Assembly: GCA_947625575.1 (NCBI GenBank)
Contig: CANQOV010000004.1
Location: forward strand, 1-56,252
Direction of reading: 5' to 3'
Source of the DNA: an uncultured Bacilli bacterium
Lineage (GTDB): Bacteria > Bacillota_I > Bacilli_A > RF39 > UBA660
Length of the DNA stretch: 56,252 nt
Position numbers and translations under genes: made by a program. Shown here piece after piece: positions 46,996-56,251 of this stretch. Under the pieces are notes generated by a model that worked only from the letters and a program-made list of their open reading frames with translations, was not told the origin of the DNA and did not search any database. How positions within the stretch are numbered: position 1 is the first letter of the stretch; each line of letters starts with the position of its first letter.

Positions 46996-48379
46996 ACTTA
47001 CTATTTAAATACTCCACAACTTTATCCAAACAAATACCATGAGAAGCTTTTATTAAAACAACATCATCTTTTTTAAGAAGATTAGAAATATTATCAATAA
47101 CTTCTAAATAATCATTAAAAGATCTAACTTTATTACAATCAAATCCACCTTTAATAGCTTCATCTTTAATATACAAAGCCATTTTACCAACAGTTATCAA
47201 TAAATCAACATTATTTAAAATATGTCGTCCTACTTCTTTATGTAACTCTTCTCCATAACTACCTGTTTCTAAAATATCTCCAAGAATTGCTACTTTTCTT
47301 TGCTTATATAATCCTAAAACTTCTAAAGCACTAATCATAGAATCTTTGGAAGCATTATAAGAATCATCAATAATAACTAAATCTTTTTTCTTAATCGTTG
47401 TTAATCTACCCTTAGTAATTTCAAAATTAGCTAATCCTTTAATAATTTTCTCATAAGAAATACCAAGCATATCTCCTACCAAAAAAGCTGCCATAGCATT
47501 ATAAATATTATGCTTAGCTATAGACGGTATCTCTAAATTTAATAAATTATCTTTATATTCCACAACAAACTTTATTTTATCTTCTAAAATTTCATAACTT
47601 TTACAAACAATATCATTATCTAAAGAAAAACCATATGTTAATAATTTAAATTTAAGTTTTTTCTTTTTTAATGTCTTTAAAAATAAATCATCGCCATTAA
47701 CAATCAAAATATTATCTTTATCAAAATAATTAGTAATCTCCATTTTTGCTTTGAAAATACCTTCTTGATTATCAAAATTTTCAATATGCGACATACCTAT
47801 ATTAGAAATAACCGCTATATCAACTCTTGCTATATCCACAAGATGTAAAATATCCCCCTTATAAGATAATCCCATTTCTAAAATAGCAGCTCTATCACTA
47901 TCATCTAATCTAAAAATAGTCTTTGGTAAACCAATCTCATTATTTAAATTACCTTCATTTTTTAAAGTTTTATATTCTTCTTTTAAAACACTATAAATAA
48001 TATCTTTACAAGAAGTCTTGCCAACACTTCCAGTAACTCCAATTGTATAAAGATTAAATTTTTGTTTGTAATATTTAGCAATATCTCCCAAAGCTAGTGT
48101 AGTATTATCTACTTTTATTAAATTAATATCATCTATCTTGCAATCATGATTTCTATCGATTAAAAAGTTTTTACAACCATTATTATAAGCATCAACCATA
48201 TAATCATGACCATCTTTATTTTCTCCTATAATAGGAATAAATATTGAGCCACTATCTACTTCTAAACTAGAAGTTGAAACATTATTTATAATACTTGTTT
48301 TGTCACTACATTTTAATAACGTTCCTTTTGTTGCTAATAAAATATCGTCAATTGATAAGTTTTTTGCAAGATGTTCCAT
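46985..48379 (-). CDS. murF: UDP-N-acetylmuramoyl-tripeptide--D-Ala-D-Ala ligase
   Basis: 'GVTGSVGKTS', 'NLNNEIGLP', 'LEMG', 'DDSYNA', 'KASHG'. Confidence 0.95.
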   Translation of the reverse strand: MEHLAKNLSIDDILLATKGTLLKCSDKTSIINNVSTSSLEVDSGSIFIPIIGENKDGHDYMVDAYNNGCKNFLIDRNHDCKIDDINLIKVDNTTLALGDIAKYYKQKFNLYTIGVTGSVGKTSCKDIIYSVLKEEYKTLKNEGNLNNEIGLPKTIFRLDDSDRAAILEMGLSYKGDILHLVDIARVDIAVISNIGMSHIENFDNQEGIFKAKMEITNYFDKDNILIVNGDDLFLKTLKKKKLKFKLLTYGFSLDNDIVCKSYEILEDKIKFVVEYKDNLLNLEIPSIAKHNIYNAMAAFLVGDMLGISYEKIIKGLANFEITKGRLTTIKKKDLVIIDDSYNASKDSMISALEVLGLYKQRKVAILGDILETGSYGEELHKEVGRHILNNVDLLITVGKMALYIKDEAIKGGFDCNKVRSFNDYLEVIDNISNLLKKDDVVLIKASHGICLDKVVEYLNSKYED

Positions 48380-48389
48380 TAAATTCCTC

Positions 48390-49856
48390 CTATTTTTCTG
48401 TAACTAAATTAAGAGCTTCCTCTACTACTACTATATCAGATTTATAAGGAACATATTCCCCATTTACAATTTGATAAGTTTCATCACCTTTACCAATAAT
48501 AGCAATAACATCATCACTATTTGCTTCATCGATTGCTCTTCTTATAGCCTTTTCTCTATCTTCCTCTACTACATATGGTGTATTATATGGCTCTATATAA
48601 GAAATTATTTCATCACAAATATCTTTTATTTTTTTTGTCTGTGGATCCTCCGCAGTTAAATAAATATAAGAAGCATACTTTCCTGCTAACTCTCCCACAT
48701 CTTTTCTTCTATTAACCCCACGATCTCCAGGACAACCAAACACTAATTTAATATTTTTATTAGGATAATCTTTTCTTAAAGTATCCAATAAAGCTTGAAC
48801 ACTAATTTTATTATGAGCATAATCAACAATAACTGTACACTTACCCTCATAAATATTCATCCTACCTATTACCCAAGTCTTTAATAATCCATTTAAAATA
48901 CTCTTGTAATCAACACCTAAATAATTAGCAACCCCAATACTTGCTGTAGCATTAATAACATTAAAATCTCCTTTTATCGCTATCTTATACTCTTTAGTTT
49001 CATTTTTAATCTTATTAAATACCTTAAAACTAGTACTATCGCTATATCTTGTTAAATCACTAAAACAATAATCACAATCTTCTGTATCTCCAAAAGTATA
49101 AATCTCTTTATCCTTTAATTCATTTCTAATATAGTCATAATACTCACTATTACGATATAAAAACACACACTTACACTGTTTTAAAAAAGCAACTTTACAA
49201 TTTAAATACTCATCAAAATCAGCATGTTCCAAATAAGATATATGATCATAACTAATATTAACAAAAACCCCAACATCAAAATTAAGTGTTGCAATTCTCT
49301 TTAACTTACTAGCTTGACTAGAAACTTCTAAAACACAATACTTTAAATTTTCTTCCTTAGCATCTTTTATCAAACTGTATAAATCTACACTTTCTGGAGT
49401 AGTATTATGACTTGAATCACTACTTTTTCCTGTAAAATGATCAACTGTAGTCCAATAAGCATTTTTCTTTCCTGTATACGAATCTAAAATATTATGAATA
49501 AAATCTGCAGTAGTAGTCTTTCCCTTTGTTCCAGTAACACCAATTAATTTTATTTGTTTTGTTTTATCATCATAAATAGCTTCACTAATAACAGCCATAG
49601 CTTCTAAAACATCATTAACAATAAGTTTTAATGCTCCAACATGATAATCAACTTCTGATAAATAAGCACTAACACCTTTTTCTATAGCATTTTCTAAATA
49701 CTCTTTTTTAAAATTTAATCCCTTGCAGACAAAAACACCATCACCTAAAATCTTTCTAGAATCATAATAAACTGCCTGATAAACTTTATCACTACTATCA
49801 CAATCAACTAATAACCCTTTATTTTTTAATAAATTAACTAAATCATTATATTTCAT
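48390..49856 (-). CDS. murE: UDP-N-acetylmuramoyl-tripeptide synthetase
   Basis: 'GVTGTKGKTT', 'TTPES', 'EVSSQ', 'VDYAHN', 'FGCPG', 'GKGDE'; start ATG 49856 after GAGGAG. Confidence 0.9.
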   Translation of the reverse strand: MKYNDLVNLLKNKGLLVDCDSSDKVYQAVYYDSRKILGDGVFVCKGLNFKKEYLENAIEKGVSAYLSEVDYHVGALKLIVNDVLEAMAVISEAIYDDKTKQIKLIGVTGTKGKTTTADFIHNILDSYTGKKNAYWTTVDHFTGKSSDSSHNTTPESVDLYSLIKDAKEENLKYCVLEVSSQASKLKRIATLNFDVGVFVNISYDHISYLEHADFDEYLNCKVAFLKQCKCVFLYRNSEYYDYIRNELKDKEIYTFGDTEDCDYCFSDLTRYSDSTSFKVFNKIKNETKEYKIAIKGDFNVINATASIGVANYLGVDYKSILNGLLKTWVIGRMNIYEGKCTVIVDYAHNKISVQALLDTLRKDYPNKNIKLVFGCPGDRGVNRRKDVGELAGKYASYIYLTAEDPQTKKIKDICDEIISYIEPYNTPYVVEEDREKAIRRAIDEANSDDVIAIIGKGDETYQIVNGEYVPYKSDIVVVEEALNLVTEK

Positions 49857-49896
49857 AAAAACTCCTCGAATTAAGAAAATTATACCACAAAAACGC

Positions 49897-50781
49897 CTAA
49901 TTATCAATACTCTTACCACTTCTAGGATGTGTTTTAAAATAAACATTTTTCAAATGTTCATTAGTAACATGAGTATATATCTGTGTAGCCTTTAAAGACT
50001 CATGCCCCAATAACTCTTGAACACTTAAAATATCACACCCCTCATTTAATAAATGAGTAGCAAAAGTATGTCTTAAAGTATGAGGAGAAATCTTTGTTTT
50101 AAAAGATGCTTTCTTAATAATCTCATCTAATATATATCTAACACCCCTAGTAGTAAGTTTTTCCCCTCTATTATTTAAAAATAAATAGTCACATTTTTTA
50201 TCTAACATATTAATATACATATTTAAATACTTTAAACAGACATCTTCAAAAAAAACAATTCTTTCTTTATTCCCCTTACCCAATATTTTTATTTGTTTAG
50301 AAGAAAAATCAATATCACTAAACTTAATATTAACTAACTCTGAAACTCTAATACCAGTAGCATAAAGCATCTCTAAAATAAGTCTATTCCTACACCCATT
50401 AACTGTTGAAGTATCAACACTATCAAATAAAGAAACAAGTTCATTATAATATAAAAACTTTGGTAAAGCTTTCTCTACTTTAGGAGAACTAACAAGACTA
50501 AAAAAATTAGTTTTAACAATGCCATTACCCACTAAATACTTATAAAAACTTCTAACTGAAGACAAAATCCTATTAATAGACTTACTAGATAATTTTTTCT
50601 CATCCAAATATAGAAAAAAATTAGTAATTTGTCGATACTCAATATTTTTATAATCAATACCATATTTAACAAAATATTGATCTAAAAGACTTAAATCTTC
50701 TCTATAACTAATAATAGTATACTCTGAATAATTTTTATTAACTTTCAAATATTCTAAAAAACTATCTATTTCTTTTTTCAT
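49897..50781 (-). CDS. xerC: tyrosine recombinase XerC-like
   Basis: 'LYATGIRVSEL', 'GKGNKER', 'HTLRHTFATH', 'LGH', 'TQIY'. Confidence 0.9.
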   Translation of the reverse strand: MKKEIDSFLEYLKVNKNYSEYTIISYREDLSLLDQYFVKYGIDYKNIEYRQITNFFLYLDEKKLSSKSINRILSSVRSFYKYLVGNGIVKTNFFSLVSSPKVEKALPKFLYYNELVSLFDSVDTSTVNGCRNRLILEMLYATGIRVSELVNIKFSDIDFSSKQIKILGKGNKERIVFFEDVCLKYLNMYINMLDKKCDYLFLNNRGEKLTTRGVRYILDEIIKKASFKTKISPHTLRHTFATHLLNEGCDILSVQELLGHESLKATQIYTHVTNEHLKNVYFKTHPRSGKSIDN

Positions 50782-50812
50782 AATATCCTCATCATTATTT
50801 TATCACATCTAA

Positions 50813-50841
50813 TAATATTTACAAAGAACTACTCATAAATT
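50813..50841 (+). promoter_or_regulatory. sigma-E-type promoter upstream of sigK
   Basis: TAATATT-N14-CATAAATT matches the Bacillus sigma-E consensus spacing. Confidence 0.55.
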
Positions 50842-50851
50842 TTATTAAGGT

Positions 50852-51550
50852 GTGATGTCAATGTTATATTCACTAATTGAATTTTTAAAAACAGTAATGT
50901 TTTTTAAAATGTCTTACTCTAATAATGTTTTTAAAGAGCCATTAACAAAACAAGAAGAAGAAAAATATATCAATCTTTTATTACAAAATGATCGTCATGC
51001 AAGAAATATTTTAATTGAACATAATTTAAGATTAGTAGCACACATAGTAAAAAAGTATGAACATAATTCTAAAGATAGTGATGATTTAATAAGTATTGGT
51101 ACTATAGGTTTAATAAAAGGAATAGATAGTTTTTCTAAAAATAAAAATGTAAAAATAACTACTTACTGTGCAAAATGTATCGAAAACGAATTATTAATGT
51201 ATTTTAGAAGTAATAAAAAACATAATTTAGATATATCAATAGATGAAGCAATTGGTTATGATAAAGAAGGAAATGATATAACTATCTTAGATGTTTTAAA
51301 AACCCCTTCCCCAGATTATATTGAAGATATGGATACTAAAGACAATATCAAATTATTAAGGAAATATTTAAATGTCTTAAGCCCAAGAGAAAAAGAAATA
51401 ATAGTTAAAAGATATGGTTTAAATAACGAAGAAGAACAAACTCAAAAAGAAATAGCTAAAGATTTAATGATATCAAGAAGTTATGTCTCTAGAATTGAAA
51501 AAAGAGCCACAATGAAAATATTACGTGAATTCATGAAAAAAGAAAAATAA
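50852..51550 (+). CDS. sigK: sporulation sigma factor pro-SigK (uninterrupted)
   Basis: pro-peptide, 'NNVF..PL', 'LIEHNLRLVAHIVKK', 'DLISIGTIGLIKGI', 'TQKEIA...ISRSYVSRIEKRA'. Confidence 0.92.
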   Translation: MMSMLYSLIEFLKTVMFFKMSYSNNVFKEPLTKQEEEKYINLLLQNDRHARNILIEHNLRLVAHIVKKYEHNSKDSDDLISIGTIGLIKGIDSFSKNKNVKITTYCAKCIENELLMYFRSNKKHNLDISIDEAIGYDKEGNDITILDVLKTPSPDYIEDMDTKDNIKLLRKYLNVLSPREKEIIVKRYGLNNEEEQTQKEIAKDLMISRSYVSRIEKRATMKILREFMKKEK

Positions 51551-51573
51551 CTTTCATTATTTTTCTTTCTATA

Positions 51574-52365
51574 TTAATATCTTACTCTTGATAAAGAAGA
51601 TTCCTCTTCTACTTTTATAACTTTTCTACTGATATTATTAGTTATAGAATTAGCATGATTTAACATAAACATATCATAACAAGAACAATATAATCCTCTT
51701 CTAGAAACTAAAGTATCAGACTTTTTATCCCAAAGCCAGATAATTGGAGCATATTTTAACCAAACATAATCTCCACCTTCATATGTTTTACCATTAGATA
51801 ACTTAAATGTAGGAACAGCTTTACTTGATTTAACACGGCAATAATATTCTTTATCAATGTCATAAATTAAACCATATTTTGAATCTCTACCTACAACATG
51901 ATTTCTCATACTTCCAGTGTTATATTGCATTGCTATTAACTTTTCCAATGAATCTGGTAAAGAATTAGATAAACAAGCACCAAATTTTACTATTCCAACT
52001 TTATCATCTTGTGCTAAAACTTTTTCTTTAAAATCCGGAACAACCTTTGAAGCATTTCTAATCATTGGTCTTACAACCCCTGAATTCTTATCTTTAAATG
52101 GATAACACAAACTTCCTAAAGCATTAACTGCATAATACTCACGTTCTTTTCCTTTACCCCTATTAAGCCAGTACCAACAAGTTCTGTTTTTTAAAGTTTT
52201 AACACCATTAACATAATTATTTGTTGAAGCTGACCCCATAACAATGGCAGCATCAAGTGGAGCACATAAAACTCCATATCTTTTAAAAATTTCTAATTGT
52301 TTATTATCTTTACTTCCAAAAACTTCTTCTACTTTTGGTAGTTGATATTTAATTTTATTTCCCAT
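51574..52365 (-). CDS. hypothetical protein (possibly DUF6273-like; C-terminus ...EEESSLSRVRY)
   Basis: 'RTCWYWL', 'VRP', 'VWLKYAPIIW' motifs. Confidence 0.5.
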   Translation of the reverse strand: MGNKIKYQLPKVEEVFGSKDNKQLEIFKRYGVLCAPLDAAIVMGSASTNNYVNGVKTLKNRTCWYWLNRGKGKEREYYAVNALGSLCYPFKDKNSGVVRPMIRNASKVVPDFKEKVLAQDDKVGIVKFGACLSNSLPDSLEKLIAMQYNTGSMRNHVVGRDSKYGLIYDIDKEYYCRVKSSKAVPTFKLSNGKTYEGGDYVWLKYAPIIWLWDKKSDTLVSRRGLYCSCYDMFMLNHANSITNNISRKVIKVEEESSLSRVRY

Positions 52366-52427
52366 TTCTAATCACCACGGCACATTATATCACAAAACCA
52401 AAAAAAAAGCAAATAATTTTGCTTTTT

Positions 52428-53168
52428 TTACTCTGCAGCTTGCTCTGCTACTAACTTAATTTTAAATTTAAACTCTTCAGATTCAGTATGACTTTCGTGT
52501 GTTACATCACCATCAGTTGGTTGATTTTCTGTATCAGTTGTACCAGTTTCAGGAACAGTTGGCAACTTATATGTATCAGCAACCCATGCTTTAACAATAT
52601 AATTCTTCTTTTGTTCAGTTGATCCACCAGTACCAGTAAATTCTCCATTTGTTAATACATAACTATCCATACAACCATTAACACCTGCACTATCCTTTAA
52701 TTCTTTAATTGTACGTGGTGTTTGAGTAATAAGTACTGGTTGATTAGATTGATATTCATACAAAGCAAGTTTAATATAATCTTCTGTTAAAGTTTTTCCA
52801 GATGAAACAACTTCAACACCTAAATCATAAACAATTTTAATTTTTCCAGAAAGTTCAGCAGAAATTGTAAAACCCAAAACATCTTCTGTACCAGTTTGAG
52901 CTAATCCTACTGTATCAGTCATTGGATATTGATTTGTAAGATCAATTGTACCAGAAGCATCATCACCCTCTACACCATCAAAATTCAAATCGCTATTATC
53001 AAAATTTATCTTAACAATACCAGTAGTAATTACGTTTTCTTTAGATCCATTTGCACTGAAAGTATACATTGCATATGATACTCCAACTACTGCAATTATT
53101 AGGACTAAAACACCAAGAATTGATAATATTAAAACTTTCTTATTAGATTTTTCTTTTTCTTCTTGCAT
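52428..53168 (-). CDS. SipW-type signal peptide / TasA-camelysin-like fibre protein B (copy 2)
   Basis: 'KKVLILSILGVLVLIIAVVGVSYAMYTF...NVITTG.V.I.F'. Confidence 0.65.
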   Translation of the reverse strand: MQEEKEKSNKKVLILSILGVLVLIIAVVGVSYAMYTFSANGSKENVITTGIVKINFDNSDLNFDGVEGDDASGTIDLTNQYPMTDTVGLAQTGTEDVLGFTISAELSGKIKIVYDLGVEVVSSGKTLTEDYIKLALYEYQSNQPVLITQTPRTIKELKDSAGVNGCMDSYVLTNGEFTGTGGSTEQKKNYIVKAWVADTYKLPTVPETGTTDTENQPTDGDVTHESHTESEEFKFKIKLVAEQAAE

Positions 53169-53196
53169 ATATATTCTCCTTTCTATAAATTAGTTT

Positions 53197-53883
53197 TTAC
53201 TCAACAGTTCCAATAGGTTTAACTGTTGAATCAACATTAACTTTTAATTTATATGTATATTTTTTTGAAGCATCAACTTGTCCCTCTGGAACAGCTACAC
53301 CTTCACTATCAGGCAAAGTGAATTTTACATCTTTATCAATCCACATCCTTAAGCGATATGTAGTTGTTGTTGCTTCTCCCAAAGCTGTACTCGTATGATT
53401 GTCTGTTTTACTATAAATTACATAACAATCAGTTCTGTCTTGAACTTGAGATTTTGTAAGTGTATCAAGTACCACAGCATCTTTTGCCATAGTTTCACTA
53501 GACTCTTCACCACTTGTGTATGTAGTTAAATAAACTTTAATTTGACTATCTGTCAAAGCATTTTCTACACCATCATTGCTAGGTTGTAAATTTATCTCGT
53601 ATGGTACATCTACCCCATTTGCTGTTGTTGAAACAGTAAACTCAAAATAATCTTCACTAGCTTTTGCAAGAGTTTCATCTGTAACAGGCAATGCATTTTC
53701 TGTACTAATAATATGACTAGTTTCAACATAACTAACAGTTATTGTACCAGTTTTAATTGTGTTTTCATCGGACTCCCTAGTAATTGAAAAAACTGCAAAA
53801 GATACACCAACAACTGAAACAATTAAAATTGCTACACCCAAAACCGCTAACAAAATCTTTCCAGTATCACTTTTTCTTTCCAT
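53197..53883 (-). CDS. SipW-type signal peptide / TasA-like fibre protein A (copy 2)
   Basis: 'KILLAVLGVAILIVSVVGVSFAVF...NTIKTGTITVSY', 'YRLRMW'. Confidence 0.65.
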   Translation of the reverse strand: MERKSDTGKILLAVLGVAILIVSVVGVSFAVFSITRESDENTIKTGTITVSYVETSHIISTENALPVTDETLAKASEDYFEFTVSTTANGVDVPYEINLQPSNDGVENALTDSQIKVYLTTYTSGEESSETMAKDAVVLDTLTKSQVQDRTDCYVIYSKTDNHTSTALGEATTTTYRLRMWIDKDVKFTLPDSEGVAVPEGQVDASKKYTYKLKVNVDSTVKPIGTVE

Positions 53884-53935
53884 ATCATATCCTCACTTTC
53901 TTATCATATTGTAAGCTATTATTCTCACAATTATA

Positions 53936-53965
53936 ATTATAACCCCCCCCCCAGACCTCTGTCAA
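53936..53965 (-). promoter_or_regulatory. promoter with G10 tract in 18-bp spacer
   Basis: TTGACA-GAGGTCT-G10-T-TATAAT. Confidence 0.8.
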
Positions 53966-54022
53966 TAATTATTCAAAAGCAAACAAGTTTGTAAAACAAA
54001 AAAAGCAAATAATTTTGCTTTT

Positions 54023-54772
54023 TTACTCTGTAGCTTGTTCTGCAACTAACTTAATTTTAAATGTAAATGTCTCAGATTCAGTATGACTTTCATGCGTTAC
54101 ATCGCCTTGTTGTGGTTTATCTGATTCATTAGTTGTACCAGTTTCAGGATCAACTGGCAATTTATAATCATCAGAAACCCATGCTTTAACAATATAATTT
54201 TTCTTTTGTAAAGTAGACCCTTCACCACTACCCTCAAAAGAATCATTTGTTAATACATAACTGTCCATACAACCCTTAACACCTGCATTACTTTCATATT
54301 CTTTAATTGTACGAGGAGTAGCTGTAACTAGCACAGGTTGATTATCTTTATACTCATACAAAGCAACTTTAATATACTGTGCAGTTAAAGTTTTTCCAGC
54401 AACAAAACCCGAATCAATTCCTAAATCATAAACTATTTTAATCTTTCCAGAAAGTTCAGCAGAAACCGTAAATCCTAAAATGTTATCTGTGTTTGTTTGA
54501 GCTAATCCTGCATCATTAGTCATTGGATATTGATTTGTAAGATTAATTGTGCCAGAAGCATCATTTCCTTCCTGCCCATCAAAATTCAAATCACTATTAT
54601 CAAAATTTATCTTAACAATACCAGTAGTTATTACATTTTCTTTAGAGCCATTTGCACTAAAAGTATACATCGCATATGATACTCCAACTACTGCAATTAT
54701 TAGGACTAAAACACCAAGAATTGATAATATCAAAGCTTTCTTATTAGATTTTTCTTTTTCTTCCACAATCAT
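54023..54772 (-). CDS. SipW-type signal peptide / TasA-like fibre protein B (copy 1)
   Basis: close paralogue of 52428-53168. Confidence 0.65.
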   Translation of the reverse strand: MIVEEKEKSNKKALILSILGVLVLIIAVVGVSYAMYTFSANGSKENVITTGIVKINFDNSDLNFDGQEGNDASGTINLTNQYPMTNDAGLAQTNTDNILGFTVSAELSGKIKIVYDLGIDSGFVAGKTLTAQYIKVALYEYKDNQPVLVTATPRTIKEYESNAGVKGCMDSYVLTNDSFEGSGEGSTLQKKNYIVKAWVSDDYKLPVDPETGTTNESDKPQQGDVTHESHTESETFTFKIKLVAEQATE

Positions 54773-54792
54773 ATTTATTTCCTTTCTATAAA

Positions 54793-55485
54793 TTATTCTC
54801 CTTTAGTTCCAATAGGTTTAACTGTTGAATCAACATTAACTTTTAATTTATAAGTATGTTCTTTTGAAGCATCAACTTGATCTTCTGGAACAGTTTCTTG
54901 TTCACTATCAGGTAAAGTGAATTTTACATCTTTATCAATCCACATCCTTAAATGATATGTAGTTGTTGTCGTATGATTATCATCATCACTCACAGGATGT
55001 TCATCAGTTGTGCTATAAATCACATAACAATCATTTCTGCCTTCTACTTGAGATTTTGTAAGTAAATTAAGTAAAACCGCCTCTTTTGCTACAGTCTCAG
55101 TAGGCTCTTCGCCACTTTTATATGTAGTTAAATAAACCTTAATTTGGCCATCTTTTAATGCATCATCGTCTTCAGCATTATCTGGTTTTAAATTTATTTC
55201 GTATGGTACATCTACTCCATTTGCAGTTGTTGAAACAGTAAATTCAAAATAATCGTTACTAGTTTGTGCAGCATCTTCATCTGTAACTGGCAATGCATCT
55301 TTTGTATTAATTACATGACTAGTTTCAACATAACTAACAGTTATTGTACCAGTCTTAATTGTATTCACATCAGATTCTCTAGTAATTGAAAAAATTGAAA
55401 AAGATACACCAACAACTGAAACAATTAAAATTGCTACACCCAAAACCGCTAACAAAATCTTCCCAGTATCACTTTTTCTTTCCAT
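54793..55485 (-). CDS. SipW-type signal peptide / TasA-like fibre protein A (copy 1)
   Basis: close paralogue of 53197-53883. Confidence 0.65.
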   Translation of the reverse strand: MERKSDTGKILLAVLGVAILIVSVVGVSFSIFSITRESDVNTIKTGTITVSYVETSHVINTKDALPVTDEDAAQTSNDYFEFTVSTTANGVDVPYEINLKPDNAEDDDALKDGQIKVYLTTYKSGEEPTETVAKEAVLLNLLTKSQVEGRNDCYVIYSTTDEHPVSDDDNHTTTTTYHLRMWIDKDVKFTLPDSEQETVPEDQVDASKEHTYKLKVNVDSTVKPIGTKGE

Positions 55486-55537
55486 ATCTTATCCTCACCT
55501 TCTTATCATATTGTAAGCTATTATTCTCACAATTATA

Positions 55538-55565
55538 ATTATAACCCCCCCCCGACCTCTGTCAA
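55538..55565 (-). promoter_or_regulatory. promoter with G9 tract in 16-bp spacer
   Basis: TTGACA-GAGGTC-G9-T-TATAAT. Confidence 0.8.
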
Positions 55566-55648
55566 CAAAAGAAAAAACGTAACAAAAAAAAACAAATGTG
55601 TTTACTCTCTATTTATAGAATAAACACATTTTTATTTGGTTTAAAATA

Positions 55649-56251
55649 TTATTTTATGGATTTTATTTCTTCAATACTTAATGATGTAATTTCACTTACC
55701 TTTTCTATATCCATACCTTCTTTTAAAAGATTTTTAGCTATTTCTAGTTTTTCTTGCTCTTTTCCCTTTGTAATACCTTGAGAAAGCCCTTGATTATATC
55801 CACTATCATGACCAGATTTATAGCCATTATCATGCCCCTCTTTATAACTTCTTTTTTCTATCTCATCTATCATTGCTAGTCTTAACTTTTCTTGATCAAC
55901 CTCATAATCATATAAACCTAGTACTTCATCATCTGTACTTGCTTTTTCCATATCGTTCCTGAATCTCCTTAATATAGCTTCTTTGTCTGTGAGTTCTTTT
56001 ATTTCTTCTTCTTTTAAGATACCCACCAACAAAAGCTTCTCATAACTTTTTAGTTCAGTTTTATTATACAATTTTTCTTTTATTAAGGGAATACTTATTA
56101 TGTATATTTTTATTTTATCTGTCAATATTGTTCCATCACTTTTATCTACTAATTGGAAATCTCTTATTGACTTTGTATTACCTTCAAAATTATAATTTAT
56201 TATGTTTATTAAGGTTGTACTTTTAAAGTCATATTTCTCATTTGTTTTTAT
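55649..56251 (-). CDS. Rpn-family (PD-(D/E)XK) recombination-promoting nuclease, 5'-partial
   Basis: frame open to the window end; G-x3 repeats and 'EKLEIAKNLLKEGMDIEKVSEITSLSIEEI' tail. Confidence 0.75.
   Translation of the reverse strand: MKTNEKYDFKSTTLINIINYNFEGNTKSIRDFQLVDKSDGTILTDKIKIYIISIPLIKEKLYNKTELKSYEKLLLVGILKEEEIKELTDKEAILRRFRNDMEKASTDDEVLGLYDYEVDQEKLRLAMIDEIEKRSYKEGHDNGYKSGHDSGYNQGLSQGITKGKEQEKLEIAKNLLKEGMDIEKVSEITSLSIEEIKSIK

Larger units (their letters stand above)
52400..55565. repeat. ~1.6-kb tandem duplication (promoter + two genes + terminator)
   Basis: near-identical leaders and promoters 1600 bp apart; same AAAAAAGCAAATAATTTTGCTTTTT terminator. Confidence 0.9.

Noticed and set aside
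49897-50781. xerC as integrase of the T4SS locus or ppdK cassettes
   Set aside because: Typical housekeeping XerC sequence sitting directly upstream of murE/murF; no adjacent att site
962-54791. Short antisense ORFs in the track (e.g. 962-1198, 7381-7632, 37880-38266, 54549-54791)
   Set aside because: Shadow frames of well-supported genes with no RBS or family motifs
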